The translations under genes and the position numbers were made by a program. The notes beneath the pieces are model-generated. The model did not search any database. It had not been told where the DNA came from and saw nothing but the letters and a program-made list of their open reading frames with translations. Below, in pieces: positions 1-10,264 of a DNA stretch of 58,213 nt (position 1 is the first letter of the stretch; every line of letters begins with the position of its first letter). Origin of the DNA: Candidatus Methylomirabilis sp. (GTDB taxonomy: Bacteria; Oederibacteriota; PGYV01; DYJU01); assembly GCA_020722985.1 (NCBI GenBank), contig DYJU01000004.1, positions 1 through 58,213 of the forward strand. The letters run 5' to 3'.

Positions 1-55
1 TTACTTACCAGTAGCCACACTTTTCCAAGTTCACTTCTGGTGGCTGAACTATTAC
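1..55 (-). mobile_element. Left end of MITE-like repeat copy, continuing beyond the window edge
   Basis: Reverse complement GTAATAGTTCAGCCACCAGAAGTGAACTTGGAAAAGTGTGGCTACT matches the element ends at 47337 and 48065. Confidence 0.8.
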
Positions 56-92
56 TATATAAGTGAAAAAATGGATTTTAAATTATAAAAAA

Positions 93-1973
93 TTATTTTA
101 TAGAAAATTTTTTTATCAATATCAAAAGCACATTTATATCAGCAGGTGTTATACCTTCTATTCTTGATGCCTGTCCTATTGTTTGAGGTTTTATTTGAGA
201 TAATTTCTGCTGGGCTTCTTTTGATAAGCCCTTAGCATTTAAATAATCAAAGTTTTCAGGTATTTTTATTGATTCCATTTTTTTAAACTGTTTTATTTGT
301 TCATTTTGCAATTTAATATATCCTTCATACTTAACTTCAGCATCTAAATAATCAATGAAATGTCCGGGCACATCTTTTTTAATTTCAATAAATAATTCAA
401 GGTCTTTATAAGAAATTTCAGGTCTTTTATATATATTAAAAAGAGAAGTTGCTTCTTTTATATCAGAAGTATTTAATTTTTTTAATTTATCAGATGCTTC
501 TTCAGATGGTTTAATTATTGTTTTTTTAATTCTTTCAATTTCTTTATTTAAAAATTCTTTTTTATATAAAAGTTTATCATAAATTTTATCATTTATAAGT
601 CCTAATTTTTTACCAATTCCCATGAGTCTTATATCTGCATTATCATTTCTTAAAACTAATCTGAATTCAGCATGTGAAGAAAATAATCTGTATGGCTCTT
701 TTATTTCTTTTGTGGTCAAATCATCAATCATAACACCTATATATGCTTCGGTTCTATCTATAATTATTGGTTTTTCTCTCCTGATTTTTAAAACAGCATT
801 TATACCTGCAACTAATCCTAAAGCTGCTGCTTCTTCATAACCTGATGTGCCATTTATCTGTCCTGCTAAAAATAATCCTGGTATTGTTTTTGTTTCAAGC
901 GTATTATTAATTTGTAATGGGGGAACAAAATCATATTCAATGCCATATCCTGGTTTTAAAATTTTTACTTTTTCAAAACCAGGAATTGTTTTTAAATAAG
1001 CATATTGAACATCAAATGGTAAAGAGGTGGAAAGCCCATTTAAATACATTTCATTAGAATTTCTCCATTCCGGTTCAATAAAAACCTGATGTGATTTTTT
1101 TTCTGGAAATTTTACTACTTTATCTTCTATGGATGGGCAGTATCTCGGTCCTATTCCAAAAATTTTTCTATGCTCTTTACTATAAAGTGGAGACCTGTCA
1201 AGATTATCAAAGATTGCCTTATGTGTATTTTCATTTGTATTTGTTAAATAGCATAAAATCTGTTCAATTTCAATTTTATCTGTAGAAAAAGAAAAAGGGA
1301 TAGGTTCAGGATCTCCTTCCTGTGGTTTAAATTTTGAAAAATCAAGTGAATTCTTATCAACCCTTGGATTTGTTCCTGTTTTTAATCTTTTAAGTTTTAA
1401 TCCTAATGATTTTAATGAATCAGATAATTTTATTGAAGGTGGGTCATCCAGTCTTCCGCCAGGAAAAGATTCAAGTCCAATATAAATAACTCCATTTAAA
1501 AAAGTGCCTGTTGTAACTATAACTGCTTTGGAAGAATAATTTTTATTATTAGAAGTTTTTATTCCAACAACACCTCTGTCATCAGTTAAAATTTCATCAA
1601 CCATAGTTTCAATTAAATCAAGATTTGTTTGATTTTCTATAACTTTTTTCATATAAAGTGAATATTGAATTTTATCTGCCTGAGCGCGTAAGCCCCATAC
1701 TGCTGGTCCCTTTTTTGAATTTAATACTTTGAACTGGATGCATGTTGAATCTGCTGCTTTTGCCATTTCTCCGCCTAATGCATCAATTTCCCTGACAAGT
1801 TGTCCTTTTGCAAGACCACCTATTGCTGGATTGCATGACATTGCTGCTATTTTATTTTTGTTTATGGTAAAAAGCGCAGTTTTTGCTTTCATCCTTGCTG
1901 CGGCAAGCGCTGCTTCACAACCTGCATGACCTGCACCTATTACTATAACATCATAATTTTTTTCAAAATTCAT
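93..1973 (-). CDS. mnmG: tRNA uridine 5-carboxymethylaminomethyl modification enzyme MnmG (GidA)
   Basis: GAGHAG FAD motif, MSCNPAIGG, GPRYCPSIEDK, AGQINGTSGYEEAAA. Confidence 0.98.
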   Translation of the reverse strand: MNFEKNYDVIVIGAGHAGCEAALAAARMKAKTALFTINKNKIAAMSCNPAIGGLAKGQLVREIDALGGEMAKAADSTCIQFKVLNSKKGPAVWGLRAQADKIQYSLYMKKVIENQTNLDLIETMVDEILTDDRGVVGIKTSNNKNYSSKAVIVTTGTFLNGVIYIGLESFPGGRLDDPPSIKLSDSLKSLGLKLKRLKTGTNPRVDKNSLDFSKFKPQEGDPEPIPFSFSTDKIEIEQILCYLTNTNENTHKAIFDNLDRSPLYSKEHRKIFGIGPRYCPSIEDKVVKFPEKKSHQVFIEPEWRNSNEMYLNGLSTSLPFDVQYAYLKTIPGFEKVKILKPGYGIEYDFVPPLQINNTLETKTIPGLFLAGQINGTSGYEEAAALGLVAGINAVLKIRREKPIIIDRTEAYIGVMIDDLTTKEIKEPYRLFSSHAEFRLVLRNDNADIRLMGIGKKLGLINDKIYDKLLYKKEFLNKEIERIKKTIIKPSEEASDKLKKLNTSDIKEATSLFNIYKRPEISYKDLELFIEIKKDVPGHFIDYLDAEVKYEGYIKLQNEQIKQFKKMESIKIPENFDYLNAKGLSKEAQQKLSQIKPQTIGQASRIEGITPADINVLLILIKKFSIK

Positions 1974-2045
1974 AAAAAAATCTCCATTTTTATAAAATAT
2001 GTTATAATAATTATATTATAATTTATTAAAAATAAAAGGAAAAAC

Positions 2046-3053
2046 ATGGAAGATTTAAAAAATTTTAACTTGAAGGAATTAAAAAATATTATAAAAGAAC
2101 TAAAGTTTGAAGAATTCAGAGCAAAACAAATTTTTGACTGGATTTATAAGAAAAAAGTCTTAAATATTAATTATATGAAAAACATTCCATTAAAATTAAA
2201 AGATGAACTTATAAAAAAATATACTTTATCTTCTTTAAATATAATTAAAATTCAAAAATCTAAAGATGGAACGCAAAAAATACTTTTTGAACTATTAGAT
2301 AAAAATAAAATAGAAAGTGTTTTAATACCTGATAATGAAAGAATAACTTTATGCGTTTCAACTCAGGCAGGGTGTGGATGTAATTGCAGTTTTTGTGCAA
2401 CAGGTAAATTGGGTTTTAAAAGAAATTTAAATGCGGCAGAAATAATAGAAGAATTTATAAGAGCATCTTTTATAAAAAAAATAGATAATATTGTATTTAT
2501 GGGCATGGGGGAACCTCTTTTAAACTGGCAAAATGTAAAAAAAGTAATTGGAATTCTCTCTGATAAAGATGGGCTCAATTTTTCTCAAACGCGAATGACG
2601 GTTTCAACAGTGGGAATTATACCTGTTATAAAGGAAATTGCTGAGGAAAATTTTAAATTTTATCTCGCCATATCATTAATTACTGCAAATAATGATTTAC
2701 GTGATAGATTGGTTCCTTTTAACAAAAAATATCCTTTAAAGGAAATAATAAATATTTCAAAATATTATAATAAAAAAACAGAAAAAGAAATAACTTACGA
2801 ATATATTTTATTAAAAGATATAAATGATTCTGAACATGAGGCAAAAGATCTGGCGAAAAAATTAAAAGAAATAAAATGTAAAATAAATTTAATACCCTAT
2901 AATGAAAGTGAAAATTCTGAATTTAAAAAGTCAGATGAAAATAAAATATTAAAATTTCAAAAAATATTGATTGATAATGGATATAAAGTTTTTATAAGAA
3001 AAGAAAAGGGATCTGATATTTCAGCTGCCTGCGGACAGCTGGCAGGGAAGTGA
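2046..3053 (+). CDS. rlmN: Radical SAM rRNA/tRNA m2A methyltransferase RlmN
   Basis: CVSTQAGCGCNCSFCATG, FMGMGEPL, C-terminal AACGQL. Confidence 0.96.
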   Translation: MEDLKNFNLKELKNIIKELKFEEFRAKQIFDWIYKKKVLNINYMKNIPLKLKDELIKKYTLSSLNIIKIQKSKDGTQKILFELLDKNKIESVLIPDNERITLCVSTQAGCGCNCSFCATGKLGFKRNLNAAEIIEEFIRASFIKKIDNIVFMGMGEPLLNWQNVKKVIGILSDKDGLNFSQTRMTVSTVGIIPVIKEIAEENFKFYLAISLITANNDLRDRLVPFNKKYPLKEIINISKYYNKKTEKEITYEYILLKDINDSEHEAKDLAKKLKEIKCKINLIPYNESENSEFKKSDENKILKFQKILIDNGYKVFIRKEKGSDISAACGQLAGK

Positions 3054-3141
3054 TCTGGATTTTTAAGGAATTTAGAGATTAAGAAAAGTGAAGCAGAGGA
3101 TATATGAAAATAATTTGTAATTAAAGAAAGGAGGGCCCTTT

Positions 3142-3600
3142 ATGAAAATTTATTTAATAAGACATGGAGATGCCAAAAGTGAAGCAGAAGATATAAACAG
3201 ACCCTTAAATGAAAAAGGAGTTCGGGATATTCATAAAATAGGTAAATTTTTAAATAATGCAAATATAAAAGTAACAAAAATATATCACAGTACAAAATTG
3301 CGTGCAAAACAAACAGCAGAAATTTTATCTCAATATATCAAAATAGATGAAGGATTAAAAGAAATAAAAGGTTTAGAGCCGAATGCTGATCTTAATATTT
3401 TATATAATACTTTTTTAGAAGAAGGGGAAGATTTTGTAATTACAGGACATTTGCCATATTTATCTATTTTAACATCAAAATTTTTATGTAATAATGAAAA
3501 TAAAAAAATTGTTGATTTTAAATCAGGAAGTTTACTGTGTGTTGAAAAGAAAGATGAAAAATTTTTGATTGATTTTTTTATTACGCCAGAGATTTGTTAA
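3142..3600 (+). CDS. sixA: Phosphohistidine phosphatase SixA
   Basis: N-terminal LIRHGDA, RPL, RAKQTA, GHLP; 152 aa. Confidence 0.92.
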   Translation: MKIYLIRHGDAKSEAEDINRPLNEKGVRDIHKIGKFLNNANIKVTKIYHSTKLRAKQTAEILSQYIKIDEGLKEIKGLEPNADLNILYNTFLEEGEDFVITGHLPYLSILTSKFLCNNENKKIVDFKSGSLLCVEKKDEKFLIDFFITPEIC

Positions 3601-3607
3601 AAAATAT

Positions 3608-3775
3608 TGTCATTTACAGATATTAAGAATTTTTTATTTTTTATATCCGTAAACTTTAGATAATATCTCAAAACACCTTTTTGACCTATATATTAAAGAA
3701 ATTATTTACGCCAGTTTTTTCTTTTTTTATTCTTTTCAACTGCCCCGCCATATTTCTCCTTATTCCCACATAAAA
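3608..3775 (-). repeat. Possible highly decayed copy of the MITE-like element
   Basis: On the - strand GCAGTTGAAAA and AAATGACAA occur in element order; shares TGGGAATAAGGA with 30790-30801. Confidence 0.3.
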
Positions 3776-3787
3776 GTTAAAAAAAAC

Positions 3788-3815
3788 TTGACTTTAACAT
3801 TTAAAATAGTAAAAT
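3788..3815 (+). promoter_or_regulatory. Candidate sigma70 promoter for the sugar ABC operon
   Basis: TTGACT-16 nt-TAAAAT, followed by an AGGAGG Shine-Dalgarno before ATG 3845. Confidence 0.45.
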
Positions 3816-3844
3816 AAATAAAAATTAAAAGGAGGATTTATATT

Positions 3845-5125
3845 ATGAAAAGGATAACTGCTTTAATTGCTTTATTATTTTTATTAGTTTTTAGTGTTTC
3901 TTGTGGCAAAAAAGCATCTTCTCGGGATATGCTCAGGTTTATGTATTGGGGTGATGTTCAGGAAATAGAAATAATAACCAATTTAGTTCAACAATTTGAA
4001 AAAGACACAAAGATAAAAGTAAGTGCAGAAAGAGCACCATCTGGCCCACCTTATATGGAAAAGGTTCTTACTCAATTCGCAGGTGGTAATCCGCCAGATG
4101 TTTTATTTGTTGAGGTGAATAATTTTAAAGCATTTGCAGAAAAAGATGTTTTGGAAGATTTAACTCCGTATCTTGAAAAAGAATCAGCATTTAAAAAGAA
4201 AGATTTTTATCCGCAGATTATAGACAGATTTACAATTAGAAATAGTTTATATGTCCTGCCACGTGATATAGCGCCAATATGTGTTGTTTATTATAATAAA
4301 AAGTTATTTGATGAAGCAGGAGTAAAATATCCAACAGATGATTGGACATGGGCTGATCTTGTAAAAAAAGGTCAGAAGTTAGTAAAAAAAGATGCGAAAG
4401 GAATTTATACCCAGTTTGGTTTTGTTGATGATTGGCCAATATGGGAATCATTTGTATACAGCAATGGGGGCTCTTTGGTTGATAATGTGAAAAATCCAAA
4501 AAAATGTACTCTTAATAAAAAAGAAGCAATAGAAGCGATTCAATTTAGAGCAGATTTAATACATAAATATAAAATTACACCATCTCCTTCTCAGATGACA
4601 GCAATGGGTGGAATGGGCACTTCTGATATGTTTGTTTCTGGTAAGGTTGCAATGTTTTATAGTGGAATATGGAAAACCCCACTTTTCAGGCAGATAAAAG
4701 ATTTCCAATGGGATGTTGTGATGTTTCCTAAAGGACCAAAAGGAAAAAGGGCATTTTCAACAGGTGGTTCAGGATATGCAATAGTAAAAACATCAAAGAA
4801 AAAAGATGCGGCATGGAAATTAATTACATATCTTGCAGGAAAACAAGGACAGATTGAACTTGCTAAAACAGGACTTGCGCAGCCAGCAATGATATCAATT
4901 GCAGAGTCAAAAAATTTCATTGATGATAGACCACCAAAGCATAAGGATATTGTATTAAAGGGAGTTAAATATGTTGTTTTTGCTCCTTTAATGTCAGAAT
5001 GGGAAGAAATAAATGTAAGTTCTATTGCTCCTGCATTTGATAAGATATGGAGTGGAAAAGAAAAAGCAGGAAAAATATTAAAAGAAATTGTGCCTGAAAT
5101 AAACGAGAATTTTTTCAGTAAATAA
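3845..5125 (+). CDS. Carbohydrate ABC transporter substrate-binding lipoprotein
   Basis: Lipobox-like signal (VSC), PPDV, YYNKKLFD, WTW, FVSGKVAM motifs of SBP family 1. Confidence 0.93.
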   Translation: MKRITALIALLFLLVFSVSCGKKASSRDMLRFMYWGDVQEIEIITNLVQQFEKDTKIKVSAERAPSGPPYMEKVLTQFAGGNPPDVLFVEVNNFKAFAEKDVLEDLTPYLEKESAFKKKDFYPQIIDRFTIRNSLYVLPRDIAPICVVYYNKKLFDEAGVKYPTDDWTWADLVKKGQKLVKKDAKGIYTQFGFVDDWPIWESFVYSNGGSLVDNVKNPKKCTLNKKEAIEAIQFRADLIHKYKITPSPSQMTAMGGMGTSDMFVSGKVAMFYSGIWKTPLFRQIKDFQWDVVMFPKGPKGKRAFSTGGSGYAIVKTSKKKDAAWKLITYLAGKQGQIELAKTGLAQPAMISIAESKNFIDDRPPKHKDIVLKGVKYVVFAPLMSEWEEINVSSIAPAFDKIWSGKEKAGKILKEIVPEINENFFSK

Positions 5126-5152
5126 TCAAATTAAACATTCTGGAGGAATTTT

Positions 5153-6079
5153 ATGGAAGGAACTTCCCAAAAACTTAAGAAGCCATTAATGAAAATGAGC
5201 ACCCATGAAGCAATTTGGGGTTATGTTTTTTTATCTCCATGGATTTTAGGTATGATATTTTTTATTGGCGGTCCTATAATTGCATCATTGATTCTTGCAT
5301 TTTGCAGGTGGGATTTGATAACTCCACCTGAATTTATAGGGCTTGATAATTTTATAAAGATAGTAGGGGATCCAAAATTCTGGAAAAGTTTATATAATAC
5401 TTTTTACTATACTATCTTTGCAGTGCCAATAGGTATAGTTGGTTCAATTATAGTTGCTTTGCTTATGAACCAGAAATGGAAATCCGTAAGATTATTAAGA
5501 ACAATTTATTATTTGCCTTCTGTTACAGCAGGTGTTGCATCAGCAATTATCTGGATGTGGCTTTTCAATCCGGATTTTGGGCTTATTAATTATTTTATGG
5601 GGAAAATAGGGATAAAAGGACCATTATGGCTTGCGAGCGAAGAATGGTCAAAACCAGCGCTTATAATAATGAGTTTGTGGGGAGTTGGTGGAAATATGAT
5701 AATTTATCTTGCCGGACTTCAAGGGATATCCAGGCAGTTATATGAAGCAGCAGAAATTGATGGTGCAAGTATTTGGGAGAAATTTTGGAATATAACTTTG
5801 CCTATGTTATCTCCTGTTATATTTTTTAATCTTATAATGAGTATTGTCTGGTCTTTCCAGATATTTACACAGGTTTATGTTATGACGCAGGGGCAGGGGG
5901 GACCAGCGGACTCAACCCTTGTTTTAGTTTTATATATATATCAGAAAGCATTTAAATTCCATCAGATGGGTTATGCTTCTGCTCTTGCGTGGGTACTTTT
6001 TGTAATAATACTTATTGCGACTTTAATTCAGTTTAGGTTTTCAAAATGGGTATATTATGAAGGAGAACTAAAAAAATAA
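5153..6079 (+). CDS. Carbohydrate ABC transporter permease (MalF/UgpA-like)
   Basis: Hydrophobic segments, EAA motif LYEAAEIDGA, GYASALAW. Confidence 0.95.
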   Translation: MEGTSQKLKKPLMKMSTHEAIWGYVFLSPWILGMIFFIGGPIIASLILAFCRWDLITPPEFIGLDNFIKIVGDPKFWKSLYNTFYYTIFAVPIGIVGSIIVALLMNQKWKSVRLLRTIYYLPSVTAGVASAIIWMWLFNPDFGLINYFMGKIGIKGPLWLASEEWSKPALIIMSLWGVGGNMIIYLAGLQGISRQLYEAAEIDGASIWEKFWNITLPMLSPVIFFNLIMSIVWSFQIFTQVYVMTQGQGGPADSTLVLVLYIYQKAFKFHQMGYASALAWVLFVIILIATLIQFRFSKWVYYEGELKK

Positions 6080-6099
6080 AATTGCTGGAGGTTGAATAG

Positions 6100-7359
6100 A
6101 TGATTTCTTCTACATCAAAAAATACAGGTTTCTGGGCAAGCAAAAAAAGGCAGGAAAAAATAATAAGTTTAATACTTTTTATTATAGCATGGGCAGGGGC
6201 ATTTATTTTTGTTGTTCCGCTTGTGTGGATGATAACAACTTCTTTAAAAACACCAACAGAAATTTTTACTATACCGCCAAAATGGATACCTGTATCTTAT
6301 ATACAACTTGACTATGAAACCAAATTGATTGCAAAAGCATCAGGCAAAATTCAAATTTCAAAAGGCGAAGAAGGTAGCAGAATTTTAGATATAATTAAAG
6401 ATGGAAAAATTGCAAGTTCGGTTGTTGTTCCGGCTGTAGGTTCTTTACTTATTAAAAACAAACAAACTGTTAAAGCAGGCGAGGTTGTTGCTGAATTACC
6501 TACAACTGGGATTACAAAAATTATTAAAAATAATGATGGGACATTGATTTTAAAAATTGTTTCAAAAGCAGGGTTTACAATTCAGGAATACAATTTACCC
6601 CGAGGAACAAAATTAAAAGTTATGGAAGGAGAACAGGTCAGAGTTGGACAACAACTGGCAACAATTTTACCCCAATGGAGAAATTATATAGAAGCATGGG
6701 CACCAAAAGCTTTAAATGAAACTTTTAATACATATCTTTTAAATACATGTATAATAACTTTTTTTGCAATTTTAGGGGTTGTATTAAGTTCAACTTTTGT
6801 TGCTTATGGTTTTGCGCGTTTTAGATTTCCATTTAGAGATCCATTATTTTTACTTATGATCAGTACAATGATGATACCTGTTCAGGTAACTATGATACCC
6901 ACGTTTATTCTTTTTAAATATTTAGGATGGATAGATACTTTTGCACCTTTAATTGTTCCTACTTTTTTTGGTGGTGGGGCTTTTAATATTTTTCTTGTTA
7001 GACAGTTTTTTATGACCATACCTTATGAACTGGATGATGCAGCCAAGATAGACGGTTGTAATTATTTTCAGATACTTTATATAATTTTATTACCACTTGT
7101 AAAACCTGCGTTAATTACTATTGCTATATTCGGCTTTGTTTATAACTGGAATGATTTTTTAAATCCTCTTATTTATCTCAATAGTTCATCAAAATATACA
7201 CTTGCTTTAGGTTTGCAGACATTCACAACAATGTATGGTTCATATTATCATTTAATGATGGCTGCTTCCACCATTGTATTATTGCCTGTTTTGATAATAT
7301 TTTTCTTAGGGCAGAGATATTTTATAGAAGGGGTTGCAACAAGCGGTCTTAAAGGATAA
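6100..7359 (+). CDS. Carbohydrate ABC transporter permease (MalG/UgpE-like) with ~125 aa soluble insertion
   Basis: TSLK..IF..PP.WIP N-terminus, ELDDAAKIDG, WNDFLNPLIY, C-terminal GLKG; beta-rich insert at aa ~65-190. Confidence 0.93.
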   Translation: MISSTSKNTGFWASKKRQEKIISLILFIIAWAGAFIFVVPLVWMITTSLKTPTEIFTIPPKWIPVSYIQLDYETKLIAKASGKIQISKGEEGSRILDIIKDGKIASSVVVPAVGSLLIKNKQTVKAGEVVAELPTTGITKIIKNNDGTLILKIVSKAGFTIQEYNLPRGTKLKVMEGEQVRVGQQLATILPQWRNYIEAWAPKALNETFNTYLLNTCIITFFAILGVVLSSTFVAYGFARFRFPFRDPLFLLMISTMMIPVQVTMIPTFILFKYLGWIDTFAPLIVPTFFGGGAFNIFLVRQFFMTIPYELDDAAKIDGCNYFQILYIILLPLVKPALITIAIFGFVYNWNDFLNPLIYLNSSSKYTLALGLQTFTTMYGSYYHLMMAASTIVLLPVLIIFFLGQRYFIEGVATSGLKG

Positions 7360-7418
7360 AAGAAATTTTTTCTTATAATTTTTTTAATTATCGTATTTTA
7401 ATAAGATTTTAATTTTAA

Positions 7419-8390
7419 ATGAAAAATTATATAATAAAAAGATTATTATTAATTATTCCCATACTTTTGGGAATTACAATAATAACTTTCTCAATAATTC
7501 ATTTAACACCTGGGGGATTTACAACAGTGAATCTTCAAATGGATATAAGAACGTCTCCCGATTCTATTGCCAGGTTAAAATCTCTCTATGGGCTTGATAG
7601 ACCTTTACATATTCAATATTTAAATTGGCTAAAACGTTTTGTTTTTTTTGATTTTGGAAATTCGTTTTTAGATGGAAGACCTGTTTTAAAAAAAGTTGCA
7701 GAAAGATTGCCTGCGACGCTTCTTTTAAATATATCTGCTTTAATTTTAGAATTTTTTATAGCGATAATTATAGGTGTTACATCAGCTTTAAAAAGAAATT
7801 CATTTTATGATAAAAGTATGACAGTAATTACTTTTATTGGATATTCTATACCATCTTTCTGGCTTGCTTTAATTTTAATGCTTATATTTGGTGTCAAATT
7901 AGACTTGCTGCCAATTTCAGGTTTAAAATCAGTTAATTTTGATTTTTTAAGTTCTGGAGAAAAAATAATTGATATATTAAAACATTTGGTTTTGCCTGTT
8001 TTTATAACAGCTTTTGGTGGGCTTGCCTATATTTCCAGATATGTAAAAACCAATATGATAGAAACTTTAAGTCAGCAGTATATAAAAGCATCTTATGCAA
8101 AAGGACTTTCAGAAAATATCATAATTTATAAGCATGCTTTGAAAAATAGTTTATTACCTGTAATAACTTTACTTGGGCTTTCTTTACCAGGACTCATTGG
8201 TGGTAGTTTTATTTTTGAAACAATTTTTGCCTGGCCCGGAATGGGAAGATTAGCTTATGAATCTGCTTTAAATTTTGATTATCCTGTTATTATGGGAGTT
8301 GTAACAATGGCAGCATTTTTAACTTTACTCGGAAATTTGCTTGCGGATATTTCTTATGCGTTTGTTGATCCGAGAATAAGGTATAGATAG
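7419..8390 (+). CDS. Peptide/nickel ABC transporter permease (OppB/DppB-like)
   Basis: YIIKRLL, GLDRPLHIQY, AKGLSE, ETIFAWPGMG, VDPRIR. Confidence 0.95.
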   Translation: MKNYIIKRLLLIIPILLGITIITFSIIHLTPGGFTTVNLQMDIRTSPDSIARLKSLYGLDRPLHIQYLNWLKRFVFFDFGNSFLDGRPVLKKVAERLPATLLLNISALILEFFIAIIIGVTSALKRNSFYDKSMTVITFIGYSIPSFWLALILMLIFGVKLDLLPISGLKSVNFDFLSSGEKIIDILKHLVLPVFITAFGGLAYISRYVKTNMIETLSQQYIKASYAKGLSENIIIYKHALKNSLLPVITLLGLSLPGLIGGSFIFETIFAWPGMGRLAYESALNFDYPVIMGVVTMAAFLTLLGNLLADISYAFVDPRIRYR

Positions 8391-8480
8391 TCAGGCTTAA
8401 AGATACGGAGGGAATGGAAGTTAAGAATAATGACTGAAATAGGATAAAATAATAAAAAATTTTAAATTCGGAGTAACAAT

Positions 8481-9287
8481 ATGAAAAAAATGATATGGAC
8501 GGGAGGAATAATTTTAGTTTTCTTTTTATGTCTTGCAATATTTGCTCCCTTTATATCAAGTTATGATTATAAAGAGCAGAATATTAATTTAAGATTACAG
8601 CCTCCTTCATCAAAACATATCTTTGGAACTGATGAATTTGGAAGGGATGTATTTGCAAGGATGTTATACGGAGCAAGGGTATCAATCAGTGTTGGATTTT
8701 TAGCTATTGCAATTGCTACTTTAATAGGTGTTTCATATGGGGCAATTTCCGGATACTATGGAGGACTTATAGATAATATTATGATGCGTATAGTTGATAT
8801 TATACTTACCATTCCTGTATTATTTTTAATACTTATGCTGATTGTTTACCTTGGACCTTCTATTTCAAATATTATTATAATAATAGGATTGACATCATGG
8901 ACAGATATTGCAAGGATAGTAAGGGCAGAAGTTTTGAAAATAAAAAACTTTGCTTTTGTTGATGCAGCAAAACTCATCGGGTTACCAAAGAAAATCATAA
9001 TATTCAAATACATTATTCTAAATATATCAGGACCTATACTCGTTTATATTGTTTTTGGAATTTCAGGTGCAATTTTAACAGAATCAGGTCTTTCTTTTTT
9101 AGGACTTGGTGTACAACCGCCTTTTCCGAGTTGGGGAAATATATTGACGGCAGGTAAAGATTATATACATACAGCATGGTGGCTTGTTTTATTCCCGGGG
9201 ATTTTTATATTTTTAACAGTTTTTTCGTTGAATATTTTAGGTGAAGGATTAAGAGATTTTTTTAATCCTAAATTAAAAAGAGAATAA
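8481..9287 (+). CDS. Peptide/nickel ABC transporter permease (OppC/DppC-like)
   Basis: HIFGTDEFGRDV, ESGLSFLGLG, PSWG. Confidence 0.95.
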   Translation: MKKMIWTGGIILVFFLCLAIFAPFISSYDYKEQNINLRLQPPSSKHIFGTDEFGRDVFARMLYGARVSISVGFLAIAIATLIGVSYGAISGYYGGLIDNIMMRIVDIILTIPVLFLILMLIVYLGPSISNIIIIIGLTSWTDIARIVRAEVLKIKNFAFVDAAKLIGLPKKIIIFKYIILNISGPILVYIVFGISGAILTESGLSFLGLGVQPPFPSWGNILTAGKDYIHTAWWLVLFPGIFIFLTVFSLNILGEGLRDFFNPKLKRE

Positions 9288-9289
9288 AA

Positions 9290-10264
9290 ATGGGAAATAT
9301 AATTGAAATTAATGATTTATGCGTAAATTATAGAACTCAAAATCAGGAAAAAATATATGCTTTAAGAAATTTAAAATTAATTATAAAAAAGGGAGAAACA
9401 GTTGCTATAGTTGGCGAATCAGGCTGTGGTAAATCAACGCTTGCAATTTCTTTAATAAACCTTTTGCCTGAAAATGCAGAAGTATCTGGTTCTATAAAAA
9501 TAGACGGAAAAGAAATTTTAGATAAAAATAATAAAGAATTGCAGAATGTAAGGGGTGAAAAAATAGGTATGATTTTTCAAGAGCCGGGGGCATCTTTAAA
9601 TCCAATTTTTAGCATAAAAGAACAGATAGAAGAAACTATAAAATTTCATAAGAAAATAAGTGATAAAAAAATATTAAAAGATATGTCTATCAATTTATTA
9701 AGAGAAGTTGGGATAAAGGATGCGGAAAGAATTTACGAATCCTTTCCACATCAATTATCCGGTGGGTTACAGCAAAGGGTAATGATTGCAATTGCTTTAA
9801 GTTTATCGCCAGAAATATTAATTGCTGATGAACCGACAACTTCACTTGATGTAACTGTTCAGGCTCAGATAATAGAACTTTTAAACAAATTAAAAAAACA
9901 GAGAAATCTTACAACCATACTTATTACTCATGATTTACATCTTGCATTAGAATTATCTAAAAGGATTATTGTGATATATGCAGGAGAAGTGGTGGAAGAT
10001 GGATATATAAAATCAGAAAAAGATGCGGAACATCCATATACAAAGGCGCTATTTGAAATTATTCCTGATGTTATAAAAAAAAGAAAAAAATTTAAAATTA
10101 TAAAAGGGGAATTGCCTGATATGAAGAAAATTTATGAAAGATGCAATTTTAGCGATAGATGCAATTTTGTGCATGAAAAATGCAGGGAAATCAGTCTTGA
10201 ATTGGTTAGGGCAGATAAAAATTATGTGAGATGTTTATTTCCATTAAAAGGTAGAAAAAAATGA
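9290..10264 (+). CDS. Peptide ABC transporter ATPase (OppD/DppD-like)
   Basis: GESGCGKS, LSGG, ADEPTTSLD, Cys-rich C-terminal tail. Confidence 0.95.
   Translation: MGNIIEINDLCVNYRTQNQEKIYALRNLKLIIKKGETVAIVGESGCGKSTLAISLINLLPENAEVSGSIKIDGKEILDKNNKELQNVRGEKIGMIFQEPGASLNPIFSIKEQIEETIKFHKKISDKKILKDMSINLLREVGIKDAERIYESFPHQLSGGLQQRVMIAIALSLSPEILIADEPTTSLDVTVQAQIIELLNKLKKQRNLTTILITHDLHLALELSKRIIVIYAGEVVEDGYIKSEKDAEHPYTKALFEIIPDVIKKRKKFKIIKGELPDMKKIYERCNFSDRCNFVHEKCREISLELVRADKNYVRCLFPLKGRKK

Noticed and set aside
8391-8480. Possible MITE remnant between the two Opp-type permeases
   Set aside because: Only short words (GTCAGGC, AATGAC) match, which is too little to support the call
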